Under the pieces are notes generated by a model. That model was given only the letters and a program-made list of their open reading frames with translations, ran no database searches and was not told the origin of the DNA. The translations under genes and the position numbers were made by a program. From an uncultured virus (IMG/VR IMGVR_UViG_3300029705_005139) (taxonomy: Duplodnaviria > Heunggongvirae > Uroviricota > Caudoviricetes), in the IMG/VR virus record IMGVR_UViG_3300029705_005139: 37,417 bases of DNA; one strand, 5' to 3'. Below, in pieces: positions 18,906 through 27,683 of this stretch. Position 1 is the stretch's first letter. The number at the start of each line of letters is the position of its first letter.

Positions 18906-19906
18906 TCCTGATCGTTTAGTCTTACTTTACAATATGTGCTTTTATTAGGGAATACAAATTGCCCCTGTTCATTAATTCTGTATTGTGCTGCCGGAAAATC
19001 AATAATATCTATAAGCTCACTCATACACTTTATCAAAGCATCATGGGCCAATATAACTTTTTCAAGACTTTGATCCATATCAAGCGTAATCGGTTCAAAC
19101 TCGCTAATCCTAGATTCGTAACCGTCTTCAGATGTACCCACATAAATCTGAAGAGGAGATTCCGGTTTTAACCCAACAAATCCCAAACCGCCTTTATGCT
19201 TGGAGTAATTGGCCCAGTCATTCAAGTCTTGACGAGCTATTCTGCAATTCTCAATAATTTCCCAAACTCGATTTAAACCAGCATTTGTTGGCTGATTCTC
19301 ATGTAATACTTTAAGTGCATTATATGTGCACATTTTCAGTATTTCTTCAAATGACAGTCCTTCATTATAGCGCCTAATCCCCTTGTATAAACCAAAAGCT
19401 AAAAAAGCAACTTGGACAATATAATCAAAGCAATTATTATACCATATAATTGCGGTCTGAAAATTCATTGACCGTATATCATAGATTGCCTGATAACCTG
19501 CTTTCCAATTGATGCAGCAGTCGTAATCTAATATATCTGTACTTTGGTAAAAATAATAACGTGCTGTCTGCAAACAGGTTTCTGCTTTTTCTAAAAATTT
19601 GGCTGCTTGATAATATTCTTTATCTGCAATCGCAAGACCGAGTTCCTGCGGAAGTACTTCATCGTGGTACCGAGTAAAGAATTGCAACCGTGTACTAATC
19701 GCACGTTGCTTAGCAACATATTCACTGTAGCTCATTTTTTCGCCACGATATTTTATAATACATTGTGGAAGCAACTGATCTAGGTCAAATTCCTTTTCTT
19801 TAAATGCATTAGAAAATTCATCCAAGCTGTATTCATTATCTTGATAAATCAATGTAAGGAAATCGTTGCATGCCGCTATAGTTTTTGCCTGCACAGTAAT
19901 TTTCAT
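18902..19906 (-). CDS. Probable HEPN-domain protein (Cthe_2314-like)
   Basis: AIIWYNNCFDYIVQV...LNDWANYSKHKG resembles a Cthe_2314-like HEPN core. ATGA overlap with the MNT gene. Confidence 0.55.
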   Translation of the reverse strand: MKITVQAKTIAACNDFLTLIYQDNEYSLDEFSNAFKEKEFDLDQLLPQCIIKYRGEKMSYSEYVAKQRAISTRLQFFTRYHDEVLPQELGLAIADKEYYQAAKFLEKAETCLQTARYYFYQSTDILDYDCCINWKAGYQAIYDIRSMNFQTAIIWYNNCFDYIVQVAFLAFGLYKGIRRYNEGLSFEEILKMCTYNALKVLHENQPTNAGLNRVWEIIENCRIARQDLNDWANYSKHKGGLGFVGLKPESPLQIYVGTSEDGYESRISEFEPITLDMDQSLEKVILAHDALIKCMSELIDIIDFPAAQYRINEQGQFVFPNKSTYCKVRLNDQE

Positions 19907-19995
19907 GCTACTACCTCTTTTTCTATATGGACTGGCACTTCAATTTAGGATTCATCTCCAATGATCGTAGCTCCAAAAGACAATATCGTCCTTGA

Positions 19996-21852
19996 TTATA
20001 CTGTCACCACTTCAACGTTTTTCCCGCTAAACGCAACACCATATTTAAAGATAACTTGTATACCCTTAATCATCATATCAGTATCGTATTTCTTCTCATT
20101 GATCTGCTGCAGTGCAGTCTGTGCCAAAGCTTTCAGATTCTCACCGGAGCAATCCTTTGCAGCTTTCAGCTCGATAAGGATACCAGGCTTGGTAACGTCC
20201 TTTGGCATCAACTGAATATCATATCTGCCTTCACCGGATTCCCTGTTGGAGGTGATGTAATACCGGTTGTTTGTGATGGCGCAGAGACCCAGTACAAGAC
20301 CATGATAGAAGTTCTCACCGGCAATGTCATAACAGCTGACAGACTCCAGCAGGAGCTTGCGAAGCTGCTTTCTCAGTGCAGCAGCATTGTTGGTATAGAT
20401 GGCCTCCTGAATTGCGATAGCAATGGACTGGGGCACAATGCTGTCCAGTTTCTCCAGAATTTCCTTATTATAAACATACGCAATTTCTCTGTTGGGTAAA
20501 GCCACCTCGCACATGAAATCACCACTGAAGGAAGGTGCAGTATTCAACACCCTCAGATAACCGGCAACCAGAAGGAAACTGTAGATGGAAGAGGGGTTTT
20601 TCTTAATCTGGGGATAAATGACGCTGGTATCGATCAACGTTGTAAAAGACTCGCCCTGCAGCAGCATATTCAGACGCTCATAAACATCTTCGTCTGCCTC
20701 CGCCAGAATCTCACCAATAATTTCGTTGCTGCCAGTGGAGATCCAGTAGGCTCTTGGTTCGCAATCCCGATAGAAATAGTTGATAACAGACCAGGGATTA
20801 AAAATCTCTGTTTTGCCAAAACGATATCCATCATACCAAGTGCAGATTTCCTCGTACTTTTCCGGTGCACCATAATAGGCAGCCATCTCCTTGATTTCTT
20901 CAGAAGTGAAGCCGAAATACTGACTGTATTTGTTGTCCAGAATGGAATTGACGCACAGGTTGTTCAGACCGCTGAAAATGCTTTCCTTTGCAACACGGAG
21001 AATACCGGTCAGGAAGCCATAGGACAGGTGCTTATTGTCCTTCAATCCACCAGAGAACAAATTCCGCATGAACAGGATAATCTTGTCATAGAAATCGCAG
21101 GCATGTCCCTGTTGAATGGGAGTATCGTATTCATCAATGATGATAATGGGAGCAATACCGTAGTGCTCATCCAGCATCTGAGACAGATACATGAGAGACA
21201 GCATGTAGTCGTTTTCTGCGGCCTGCTCGCTAACGATCTTCTGATAGTAGTCCAGATTAGTGATTGCATCACTGGTGGCAAGCTCAGAATGCCGCTTGAA
21301 TTCCTGGCGAATCAGCTTGGTCATGAGATCATAGGTTTCTTCCCAGGTCTCACATTTGACATCCTTGAAAGTCAGAAAGATCACTGGATACTTGCCCTGA
21401 TAGCTTCTGTAAGCCTCACCACAAGCCCAGATCTTCTTATCTGTGAAATACCGGGAAGTATCCTCCTCGGACAGTTCAAAGAAGGTTCGCAGCATATCCA
21501 TGGTCAGAGTTTTACCAAATCGCCGAGGCCGAGTAAACAGAGAAACAATGGGGCGCTCATCAATGAAGTCCTTGATCAGCATGGTTTTATCTATGTAGTA
21601 ATACTGGTCGCAGGCAACACGAAAATCAGAGACGCCAATAGGCAATGGACGTTTTGTAGTTGTACTAACTGGTATCTTCATCTTCCTGCCCTTACGTAAT
21701 TTTTCCGGCTTCTGTGTATCAGCTGGAATCAACCATGCATGGCCATCCTTTTTAGCACCTTCAATCCGGCCATCTCTGCAATATCGAGTTACCTGCTGCT
21801 TTGGAACACCCCAAAATTCAGCAGCATCGCTTACCGTAATCCACTTATCCAT
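19996..21852 (-). CDS. HTH-fused AAA-ATPase-like protein with C-terminal PD-(D/E)XK nuclease
   Basis: N-terminal excisionase/MerR-like HTH (AAEFWGV...YCRDGRIEGA.K.G..WLIP). LPIGVSDF, RPRRFGKTL, IIIDEYD, WYDGY.FG, SNRESGEGRYDI...IELK. AAGGAGGT RBS. Confidence 0.9.
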   Translation of the reverse strand: MDKWITVSDAAEFWGVPKQQVTRYCRDGRIEGAKKDGHAWLIPADTQKPEKLRKGRKMKIPVSTTTKRPLPIGVSDFRVACDQYYYIDKTMLIKDFIDERPIVSLFTRPRRFGKTLTMDMLRTFFELSEEDTSRYFTDKKIWACGEAYRSYQGKYPVIFLTFKDVKCETWEETYDLMTKLIRQEFKRHSELATSDAITNLDYYQKIVSEQAAENDYMLSLMYLSQMLDEHYGIAPIIIIDEYDTPIQQGHACDFYDKIILFMRNLFSGGLKDNKHLSYGFLTGILRVAKESIFSGLNNLCVNSILDNKYSQYFGFTSEEIKEMAAYYGAPEKYEEICTWYDGYRFGKTEIFNPWSVINYFYRDCEPRAYWISTGSNEIIGEILAEADEDVYERLNMLLQGESFTTLIDTSVIYPQIKKNPSSIYSFLLVAGYLRVLNTAPSFSGDFMCEVALPNREIAYVYNKEILEKLDSIVPQSIAIAIQEAIYTNNAAALRKQLRKLLLESVSCYDIAGENFYHGLVLGLCAITNNRYYITSNRESGEGRYDIQLMPKDVTKPGILIELKAAKDCSGENLKALAQTALQQINEKKYDTDMMIKGIQVIFKYGVAFSGKNVEVVTV

Positions 21853-21881
21853 AACCAATACCTCCTTGCCTTTCTAGGTAT

Positions 21882-21910
21882 ATTATATCCACTGTAAGCA
21901 AAGAAAGCAA
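21882..21910 (-). promoter_or_regulatory. SigA-type promoter TTGCTT-N17-TATAAT
   Basis: Consensus spacing, 30 nt before the AAA gene start. Confidence 0.7.
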
Positions 21911-21974
21911 CAATATATTTTAAATTCAGTTATTTTATTTGTTGTTTTGTCTCATTTAATTTGTTGTCTTTGTG

Positions 21975-22003
21975 TTGTTTTTAGAATCTTGTTGTGGTAT
22001 AAT
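21975..22003 (+). promoter_or_regulatory. SigA-type promoter TTGTTT-N17-TATAAT with TG extension
   Basis: Divergent from the previous promoter; precedes the KAP NTPase gene. Confidence 0.7.
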
Positions 22004-22036
22004 TATGCTTACAAATTAACCATGGGGGACATGACC

Positions 22037-23827
22037 ATGACAAATCTGGAACTAAGTAGATATCTGAAGCACTATGTTGAGATGGATAAAACCAAAAGCG
22101 CAATTATGCTCACTGGTGAATGGGGAACTGGTAAAAGCCATTACATTAAAAATGAACTAATTCCGTTTCTTAAAGAACAAGGAAACCATGATTGTATTCT
22201 CATTTCACTGTATGGTTTGTCCTGTGTAAATGATATCAGCAAAAGCATTTATTTAGAAACTCGGATAAATGTACTAAAGCCAAAAACAGAAATAGGTAAC
22301 GCTGGAACACTTATCGCTACAACCATAATCAAGGGCGTTTCCAGTCACCTTGGGATTGAATTGGGTACCTCCGACAGTGCATGGCAGCAACTGTATCAGT
22401 CAATTAATCTTTCCGGCAAATTAATTATTTTGGAAGATATTGAACGTACCCAAATTAACTTGATGGAACTGATGGGTTATGTGAATAATCTGGTAGAACA
22501 GGACGGTGTGAAGGTACTGTTGGTTGCAAATGAAGAGGAAATCCTGAGTTACGAACCCGAAACAACTGAAACCAGCAACGAGGAGTCTTTGGATATTATT
22601 GATGAAAAACCAAAGAAAAAGGATAAAGTATATACTCTGGAAACATTGGAATACCTAAAAACAAAGGAAAAAACAATCAGCGATACCATTGTTTATTGTG
22701 GCGATTATATTGCTGCGATTAAGCAAATCATTGACTCCTTTGGGGATGAAAAGCTCCATTATTTTGCGGATGATAGTCACGCGAAAGAGATCTTTCAGAT
22801 TATGGGAGATCAAAAGAACTATAATCTGAGATCCTTCATTTATGCGTGCCAAAAAACGGTGGATATTTATCAGGCCCTGGAAGGTACCTACAATGAAGAT
22901 TTCCTGACCTGCATCTTCTATGGAATCATTCATTTTTCTATGCGCATCAAAGCCGGCATGAAGATGGTTTGGACTGGAGCAGATGTATTCTCCCTTGAGT
23001 TAAGTTCTGAGAAATATCCACTGTTCCGCTTCTGCTATGATTATCTGCATCATCATGTAGTAAAACGCGATAAGATACCGGTTGCAGAAAAAGCTCTCGA
23101 AACACTGCGACTTTACGATAAGACCAAAACAGCAGATGATCCAGATCTTATCACCATTGGGAATTACTATTGTGTTTCTGAATCTCAACTGCGATCCGCT
23201 GTTGAGTCTATTCAGAAAAGGCTTGCCGATCCTTCGGATATTTCTTTCTTTGACTATGGTCCACTGGCTGTTCATCTGTTGTACATAAAGCATTATTATG
23301 GAATCGATATTTCCGTTGCAAAATCTTTATTGGTAGAAAATCTTCGCGGAAGGGGAGATGAAATAGATACCAGCCTACTGTTCAGAATTTCACTGCACAG
23401 TAATGACACATCTCTCCAAGACGAATACAATGTACTCAGGGATCAAATGGAAAAAGCCTTGGATGGAGATAAATTTCTTCCCAATTTCAATTATACACCA
23501 GATGAGGCAACAACATTTAGGCAGCAGTTTGAAAACAGTAAGGATCATTTTGAAACCGGAAAACTGGCAGCATTACTAGATATCTCTCGGATGGTTGAAA
23601 TGTTCCTGACATGTGCACCGGATCAAATGGACGAAATTCGATATGCATTTGGCAGCACATATCGTTCTGTTAATATAGGTCAGTTTTTATCCGCAGATAG
23701 GGACGCGCTTATACAGTTACGTGATGGTATTAAGGCAGGAATTAATACACACCAACTGGACTGTGTGCAAAAACTCCAGTGCGATTGGTTTGTGGATAAT
23801 CTTCAGGCAATTATTGACAAACTATAA
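22037..23827 (+). CDS. KAP-family P-loop NTPase
   Basis: AIMLTGEWGTGKSHY, ISLYG, IILEDIER, KEKTI, NLRS. ATG 22031 is an alternative start. Confidence 0.85.
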   Translation: MTNLELSRYLKHYVEMDKTKSAIMLTGEWGTGKSHYIKNELIPFLKEQGNHDCILISLYGLSCVNDISKSIYLETRINVLKPKTEIGNAGTLIATTIIKGVSSHLGIELGTSDSAWQQLYQSINLSGKLIILEDIERTQINLMELMGYVNNLVEQDGVKVLLVANEEEILSYEPETTETSNEESLDIIDEKPKKKDKVYTLETLEYLKTKEKTISDTIVYCGDYIAAIKQIIDSFGDEKLHYFADDSHAKEIFQIMGDQKNYNLRSFIYACQKTVDIYQALEGTYNEDFLTCIFYGIIHFSMRIKAGMKMVWTGADVFSLELSSEKYPLFRFCYDYLHHHVVKRDKIPVAEKALETLRLYDKTKTADDPDLITIGNYYCVSESQLRSAVESIQKRLADPSDISFFDYGPLAVHLLYIKHYYGIDISVAKSLLVENLRGRGDEIDTSLLFRISLHSNDTSLQDEYNVLRDQMEKALDGDKFLPNFNYTPDEATTFRQQFENSKDHFETGKLAALLDISRMVEMFLTCAPDQMDEIRYAFGSTYRSVNIGQFLSADRDALIQLRDGIKAGINTHQLDCVQKLQCDWFVDNLQAIIDKL

Positions 23828-23854
23828 TAACGCAGGTAAAGACAGGAGAAAAAC

Positions 23855-24646
23855 ATGAGCAAAAATAAGTTTTCCGTTATTGACAACACCATCTATATAT
23901 CCCGTCCAGAGTGGAATTTTATTGCTCAGGCAACGATACGTGACGATTACGTCGATGAAATAAAAAGCGCAACCTGGGGATTACAAAAGAATCGTTATCC
24001 ACATAATGCTAGATTGGGGACATTGCACTCGTATGTGATGAAAAAGTGGTACGGAGAAGAGATCTGCAATGAAATGAAGGAAAAAGGCTTTGTTATTGAC
24101 CATATGGATAACGAAAGTCACAACTGTTGTATTGATAACCTCTACTTCCTCGCTGAGGCATATAATAAAGCCAAGGGTATGACTTTTGACAAAGAAAATA
24201 AGGACAAACGATTCATCGCATTGACTATATCCAGGGATTTCGACACAAAACTCTTCCAAATAACCATATCGTTTAATTACCCTGCCACATTACAATTGGA
24301 AGGATTCGAACCTCCTGCAGTTGTAGAATTGGCATATCTTTTATATGAAGGTGATTATAGATCCGTTATTGCAGATGCCCAAGATATTTTAATGGACTAC
24401 AAAAGTCACTATATCTTCCGACCCGAAAAACTGAGAGCAATCGATTATCATATCGAAGGTTGTATTGGCAAAGCACCCCCTCCCGAAATTCACGAAGAAT
24501 ACCTAAGTGGAACACATGGACACGGAGTAATATATTTTAATCGTCTAGCACCTCAAAAAGGGTGGAGCAAAGAAAACAAACAAGAATTATTCATTTTGAC
24601 AGATTTATCAAAGTCACTACGGTACGAGATAAAATTAGAACTATAA
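23855..24646 (+). CDS. HNH-motif endonuclease-like protein
   Basis: LHSYVM...FVIDHMDNESHNCCIDNL...YNKAKG matches the HNH_3 pattern. AGGAG RBS. Confidence 0.75.
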   Translation: MSKNKFSVIDNTIYISRPEWNFIAQATIRDDYVDEIKSATWGLQKNRYPHNARLGTLHSYVMKKWYGEEICNEMKEKGFVIDHMDNESHNCCIDNLYFLAEAYNKAKGMTFDKENKDKRFIALTISRDFDTKLFQITISFNYPATLQLEGFEPPAVVELAYLLYEGDYRSVIADAQDILMDYKSHYIFRPEKLRAIDYHIEGCIGKAPPPEIHEEYLSGTHGHGVIYFNRLAPQKGWSKENKQELFILTDLSKSLRYEIKLEL

Positions 24647-24660
24647 CACTCTGAACTCAA

Positions 24661-24703
24661 AAAACTCCGTGCTACTAACCAATTGTTATTAGCACGGAGT
24701 TTT
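24661..24703. terminator. Bidirectional terminator between convergent genes
   Basis: aaaactccgtgcta / tagcacggagtttt 14-bp IR. Confidence 0.8.
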
Positions 24704-24735
24704 TGTAATAGTGATGTCTCCAGAATTTTCTGCCT

Positions 24736-25395
24736 CTATTTTTCCCGTAATTCCTTCCTTTCAGCACTCTCCATATGATTCCGCCTACCAAAAGCGGCAT
24801 CCTTCACTGCAACTATTGGATCATACCAATCCGCTTTTGCTTTTGCCCAGGCAATCCATTCTGCACTGGCATTGCCCCTTTCCTCTGCTGCCGCCACCAT
24901 GGCTCGGATTTTACAGGCAGTATCATAGTCCTCTGCTTGATTCAACAGGGCTTTGGTTCTCGCCACCTCTGCATTGTAGCGTTTTTTCCTCTCTTCCATG
25001 GCGCGTCGTTCCTCTTCCTGCTTTTGAAGAGCAGCATCCGCTTCCTCTGTATTAGTGATCACACCAACACTGGCCACAAACTGTCCCTTCCCTATTGGCA
25101 GCGAGGTTTGATCCTTTGTCCGAAGGCCAAGTTTCATCGTGCCGCCACTTGTCGGTGGTAACGGTGAAACCGTGACCGCTTGACCTGCCTGCTTTTTGGC
25201 CCAATATCCCACCGGTGGTGTTGGTATTTCCATGGACCTGCATACCTTATGGATGGTGCCATCCGAAACCGCATATTTCTTCGCTACTTCTGTAATTGGA
25301 TGATTCCAGACTTCCTGATACAGCACTTCCCGGCGATATACATTCTGTATTTTTCCATTCCAACCTCTTACGATTTCCGCTTTTCCCAGTTCCAT
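24736..25395 (-). CDS. Hypothetical protein with HTH-like N-terminus
   Basis: REVLYQEVW.HP..EVAKKYAVSD..IHKVC..MEIPTPPVGYWAK, coiled coil, WIAWAKAKADWYDP. AAAGGTGA RBS. Confidence 0.75.
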   Translation of the reverse strand: MELGKAEIVRGWNGKIQNVYRREVLYQEVWNHPITEVAKKYAVSDGTIHKVCRSMEIPTPPVGYWAKKQAGQAVTVSPLPPTSGGTMKLGLRTKDQTSLPIGKGQFVASVGVITNTEEADAALQKQEEERRAMEERKKRYNAEVARTKALLNQAEDYDTACKIRAMVAAAEERGNASAEWIAWAKAKADWYDPIVAVKDAAFGRRNHMESAERKELREK

Positions 25396-25430
25396 TATGT
25401 TCACCTTTCCAAATCAATATCTCCCCATAC

Positions 25431-25464
25431 AAAAAATAAAACGGAGTTCACACTCCGTTTTATT
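25431..25464 (-). terminator. Rho-independent terminator
   Basis: 13-bp IR aataaaacggagt / actccgttttatt plus U tail on the minus strand. Confidence 0.75.
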
Positions 25465-25471
25465 CATGTCA

Positions 25472-25765
25472 TCAGCATTTCAACTCCTGCAGCAGCGCCA
25501 ATACCAGTCGCATACCCTCCCGAAATGCCAATCGGCTATGTTCTATGCAGAGATCGCCAACTATGTAAAACACTTCGTCATATTCCTCAGGTGGGAGGCT
25601 CAAGTAGTCTCTCAGCTTTGCAAATTGCGTTTTGATTTTCTCATTGTCAATCTGATTATACTCCGTGTAATGCCAAAACAGCATATCCAACACAGATTCT
25701 GCATCTCCATAAGCAGGAGGATTCTGCGCGAAATACTGCTGTAATACTTCTATTAGCTTTTCCAT
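25472..25765 (-). CDS. Small helical hypothetical protein (97 aa)
   Basis: GGAGAGG RBS then ATG 25765; followed by a terminator. Confidence 0.7.
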   Translation of the reverse strand: MEKLIEVLQQYFAQNPPAYGDAESVLDMLFWHYTEYNQIDNEKIKTQFAKLRDYLSLPPEEYDEVFYIVGDLCIEHSRLAFREGMRLVLALLQELKC

Positions 25766-25778
25766 TCGCAGACCTCTC

Positions 25779-25880
25779 CTATTCCTGATCTTTTTGCTTC
25801 CACAAAAGGTAGACACTCACAGCCAGTGCTGCTCCTTGGGTAAAGGCTTCCAGCAATACGGCTGTGAGTGCTGTAATCAT
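25779..25880 (-). CDS. 33-aa hydrophobic peptide MITALTAVLLEAFTQGAALAVSVYLLWKQKDQE
   Basis: ATGA overlap with the upstream 32-aa ORF; fills the operon gap. Confidence 0.5.
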   Translation of the reverse strand: MITALTAVLLEAFTQGAALAVSVYLLWKQKDQE

Positions 25881-25975
25881 TTTGCAGCAGCGCTGCAGCG
25901 GACAGCGGTATCTGCAATGGTGATGATTGCCAGGGTCGTCACAAAGCCTAGGGTGAACCACATCAGTTCCGTCAT
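25877..25975 (-). CDS. 32-aa hydrophobic peptide MTELMWFTLGFVTTLAIITIADTAVRCSAAAK
   Basis: AAGGAAGTGA RBS right after the resolvase stop. Translated by hand (below the ORF-track cutoff). Confidence 0.5.
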   Translation of the reverse strand: MTELMWFTLGFVTTLAIITIADTAVRCSAAAK

Positions 25976-25991
25976 ACTTTTCACTTCCTTC

Positions 25992-26546
25992 CTATAGTTT
26001 TTTCTGCCGAACGATTCGGTAGAAGGTTGTTTTGGATATCTTCAATCGGCGCATAGCTTCAACAGCGGTAATCTCTCCGTTCTGCCAGGATGCAATTACA
26101 ACGCCCAGTTCCGGACGTTCTACAGGCTTACGGCCTTTGTACTTCCCCTCCTGTTTTGCAATGGCAATCCCTTCTTTCTGGCGCTGGAGTAAGTACTCCC
26201 GCTCTAGCTGTGCCACAGCTCCGAAAATCGTGAGTACAAATCTGCCGCTGGGGGTGGAGGTGTCCAGGGCCTCCTTCTTGCTGATGAACTCCACTTTCTT
26301 CTCCGTCAGCTGTTCAACCAGCTCCAGCAGGTCTCTTGTATTTCTGGCAAACCGAGAAATACTCTCCACGATCACCACATCGCCTTCTCTGACGAAATCC
26401 ATCATCCTTTTCAGTTCCGGCCGGCTGGTATCCTTACCACTCTGCCTATCAATAAAGACTCGCTCTACGCCCAGCTCCTGCATCAGCACTTCCTGTCTGG
26501 CCGTATTCTGGGTCAAACTGCTGACTCTTACGTAGCCTACTTTCGT
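25992..26546 (-). CDS. Serine recombinase (resolvase/invertase family); apparent ACG at the start position
   Basis: KVGYVRVSS..Q..ARQ, SGKDTSRPEL, SRFARN, GKYKGRKP, C-terminal HTH. GGAGGTGG RBS is followed by ACG-AAA-GTA-GGC-TAC. Confidence 0.9.
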   Translation of the reverse strand, partial: TKVGYVRVSSLTQNTARQEVLMQELGVERVFIDRQSGKDTSRPELKRMMDFVREGDVVIVESISRFARNTRDLLELVEQLTEKKVEFISKKEALDTSTPSGRFVLTIFGAVAQLEREYLLQRQKEGIAIAKQEGKYKGRKPVERPELGVVIASWQNGEITAVEAMRRLKISKTTFYRIVRQKKL

Positions 26547-26635
26547 AAAAATCCACCTCCACCGTTCTTTTAGAGTAAACTCATACGGTACGGTCAAAAT
26601 GGCTTTCAAACCGTTCTGTATAAATTGGTTTTCTA

Positions 26636-26690
26636 TTATGGGATATATACCACTTTCACAAGTACCCTAGCGGAACGGTATATCCCATAA
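26636..26690. repeat. 12-bp inverted repeat upstream of the resolvase (candidate res subsite)
   Basis: ttatgggatata / tatatcccataa. Confidence 0.5.
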
Positions 26691-26694
26691 CGCA

Positions 26695-26738
26695 AAAATC
26701 GACCCATGTGATAGACTTTTGGGGCCTCTCACATGGGT
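26695..26738 (-). terminator. Terminator of the amidoligase-GATase operon
   Basis: acccatgtga / tcacatgggt stem with a nearby U-run, 20 nt after the GATase stop. Confidence 0.6.
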
Positions 26739-26757
26739 TTACCCTATTGGTACAGTT

Positions 26758-27681
26758 CTATCCACAATACAGCATCTCTTCAATCTCCATCGGATCCATG
26801 CCATCCTCAAGCAGAGCATCAATATCTTCTGGATACAGGCCATAGAAGACCGCAATTGCTTTCAAATCATCCAGATAGCTGGAATCATCTGCATATGGCC
26901 GTCTCACCGGATCGTAGTTGGCCCAGTAATGCCAATCAGTGGAAAAGCCGGGATAGATGTTGCTGTCATCAAACTGGCTGCGGGTGATTTTGCCTCTGGC
27001 ATCGATCCGAAGCATTTCTCCGCTGACCATATGTACCTTTTCTGCTTTTCCTAAAGGCAGCAATGCTTTCAGCATGGCCTTTTTCAGAATTTCCTCCGTA
27101 CTGGCATATACATAGATGCCCGCGTCAGGGTAGTGATAAATACACATGGGGTTGTTTCCTTTCACAAAATACAGCTCGTCCCTTTCGGTCAGAGCCGTAA
27201 TAGTGAAGGATCCTTCCAGTTGTTCTGCCATAAACTGTAATCCGCGGAAGTCTATGGAATCGAATCGCTCCAGCAACTGTACCGCCACATAGCTGTCTGT
27301 CTCGATTCTACTCTTGGGCAGATTCAGTTTCTTCTGGAGCCGTTCGTCATTGTAAATGATGCCGTTGTGGGCCAGAGCAAAGCGTGTATTGCCAGCCCAG
27401 CCGTGGAAGGGATGGTTGTTCTCATTTTTCAGTGCAGAACCCTGGGTGGTCATTCGGGTGTGACCCATAACCGCAGTTGCGCTTAGAGGCACACGATACC
27501 ACATCAGATGGGCAGGCAGAGGGCGCTTATAGATATACTGCTTTCCCTCAAAATTGTAGGAAATACCAGTGGCATCCGTGCCGCGTTCTTCACAGGAGGC
27601 CGACAAAATTGTCAGCAACCGGTGCCTCTGCTTTCGGGAGAGCTTGTGACCATAATCATGAAAACCAAACAGGCAGCACAT
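26758..27681 (-). CDS. Class II (Ntn) glutamine amidotransferase-like protein
   Basis: N-terminal MCCLFG (Cys2), ERGTDATG, GHTRMTTQG, NNHPF, LAHNGII, TDS. Confidence 0.88.
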   Translation of the reverse strand: MCCLFGFHDYGHKLSRKQRHRLLTILSASCEERGTDATGISYNFEGKQYIYKRPLPAHLMWYRVPLSATAVMGHTRMTTQGSALKNENNHPFHGWAGNTRFALAHNGIIYNDERLQKKLNLPKSRIETDSYVAVQLLERFDSIDFRGLQFMAEQLEGSFTITALTERDELYFVKGNNPMCIYHYPDAGIYVYASTEEILKKAMLKALLPLGKAEKVHMVSGEMLRIDARGKITRSQFDDSNIYPGFSTDWHYWANYDPVRRPYADDSSYLDDLKAIAVFYGLYPEDIDALLEDGMDPMEIEEMLYCG

Positions 27682-27683
27682 AC

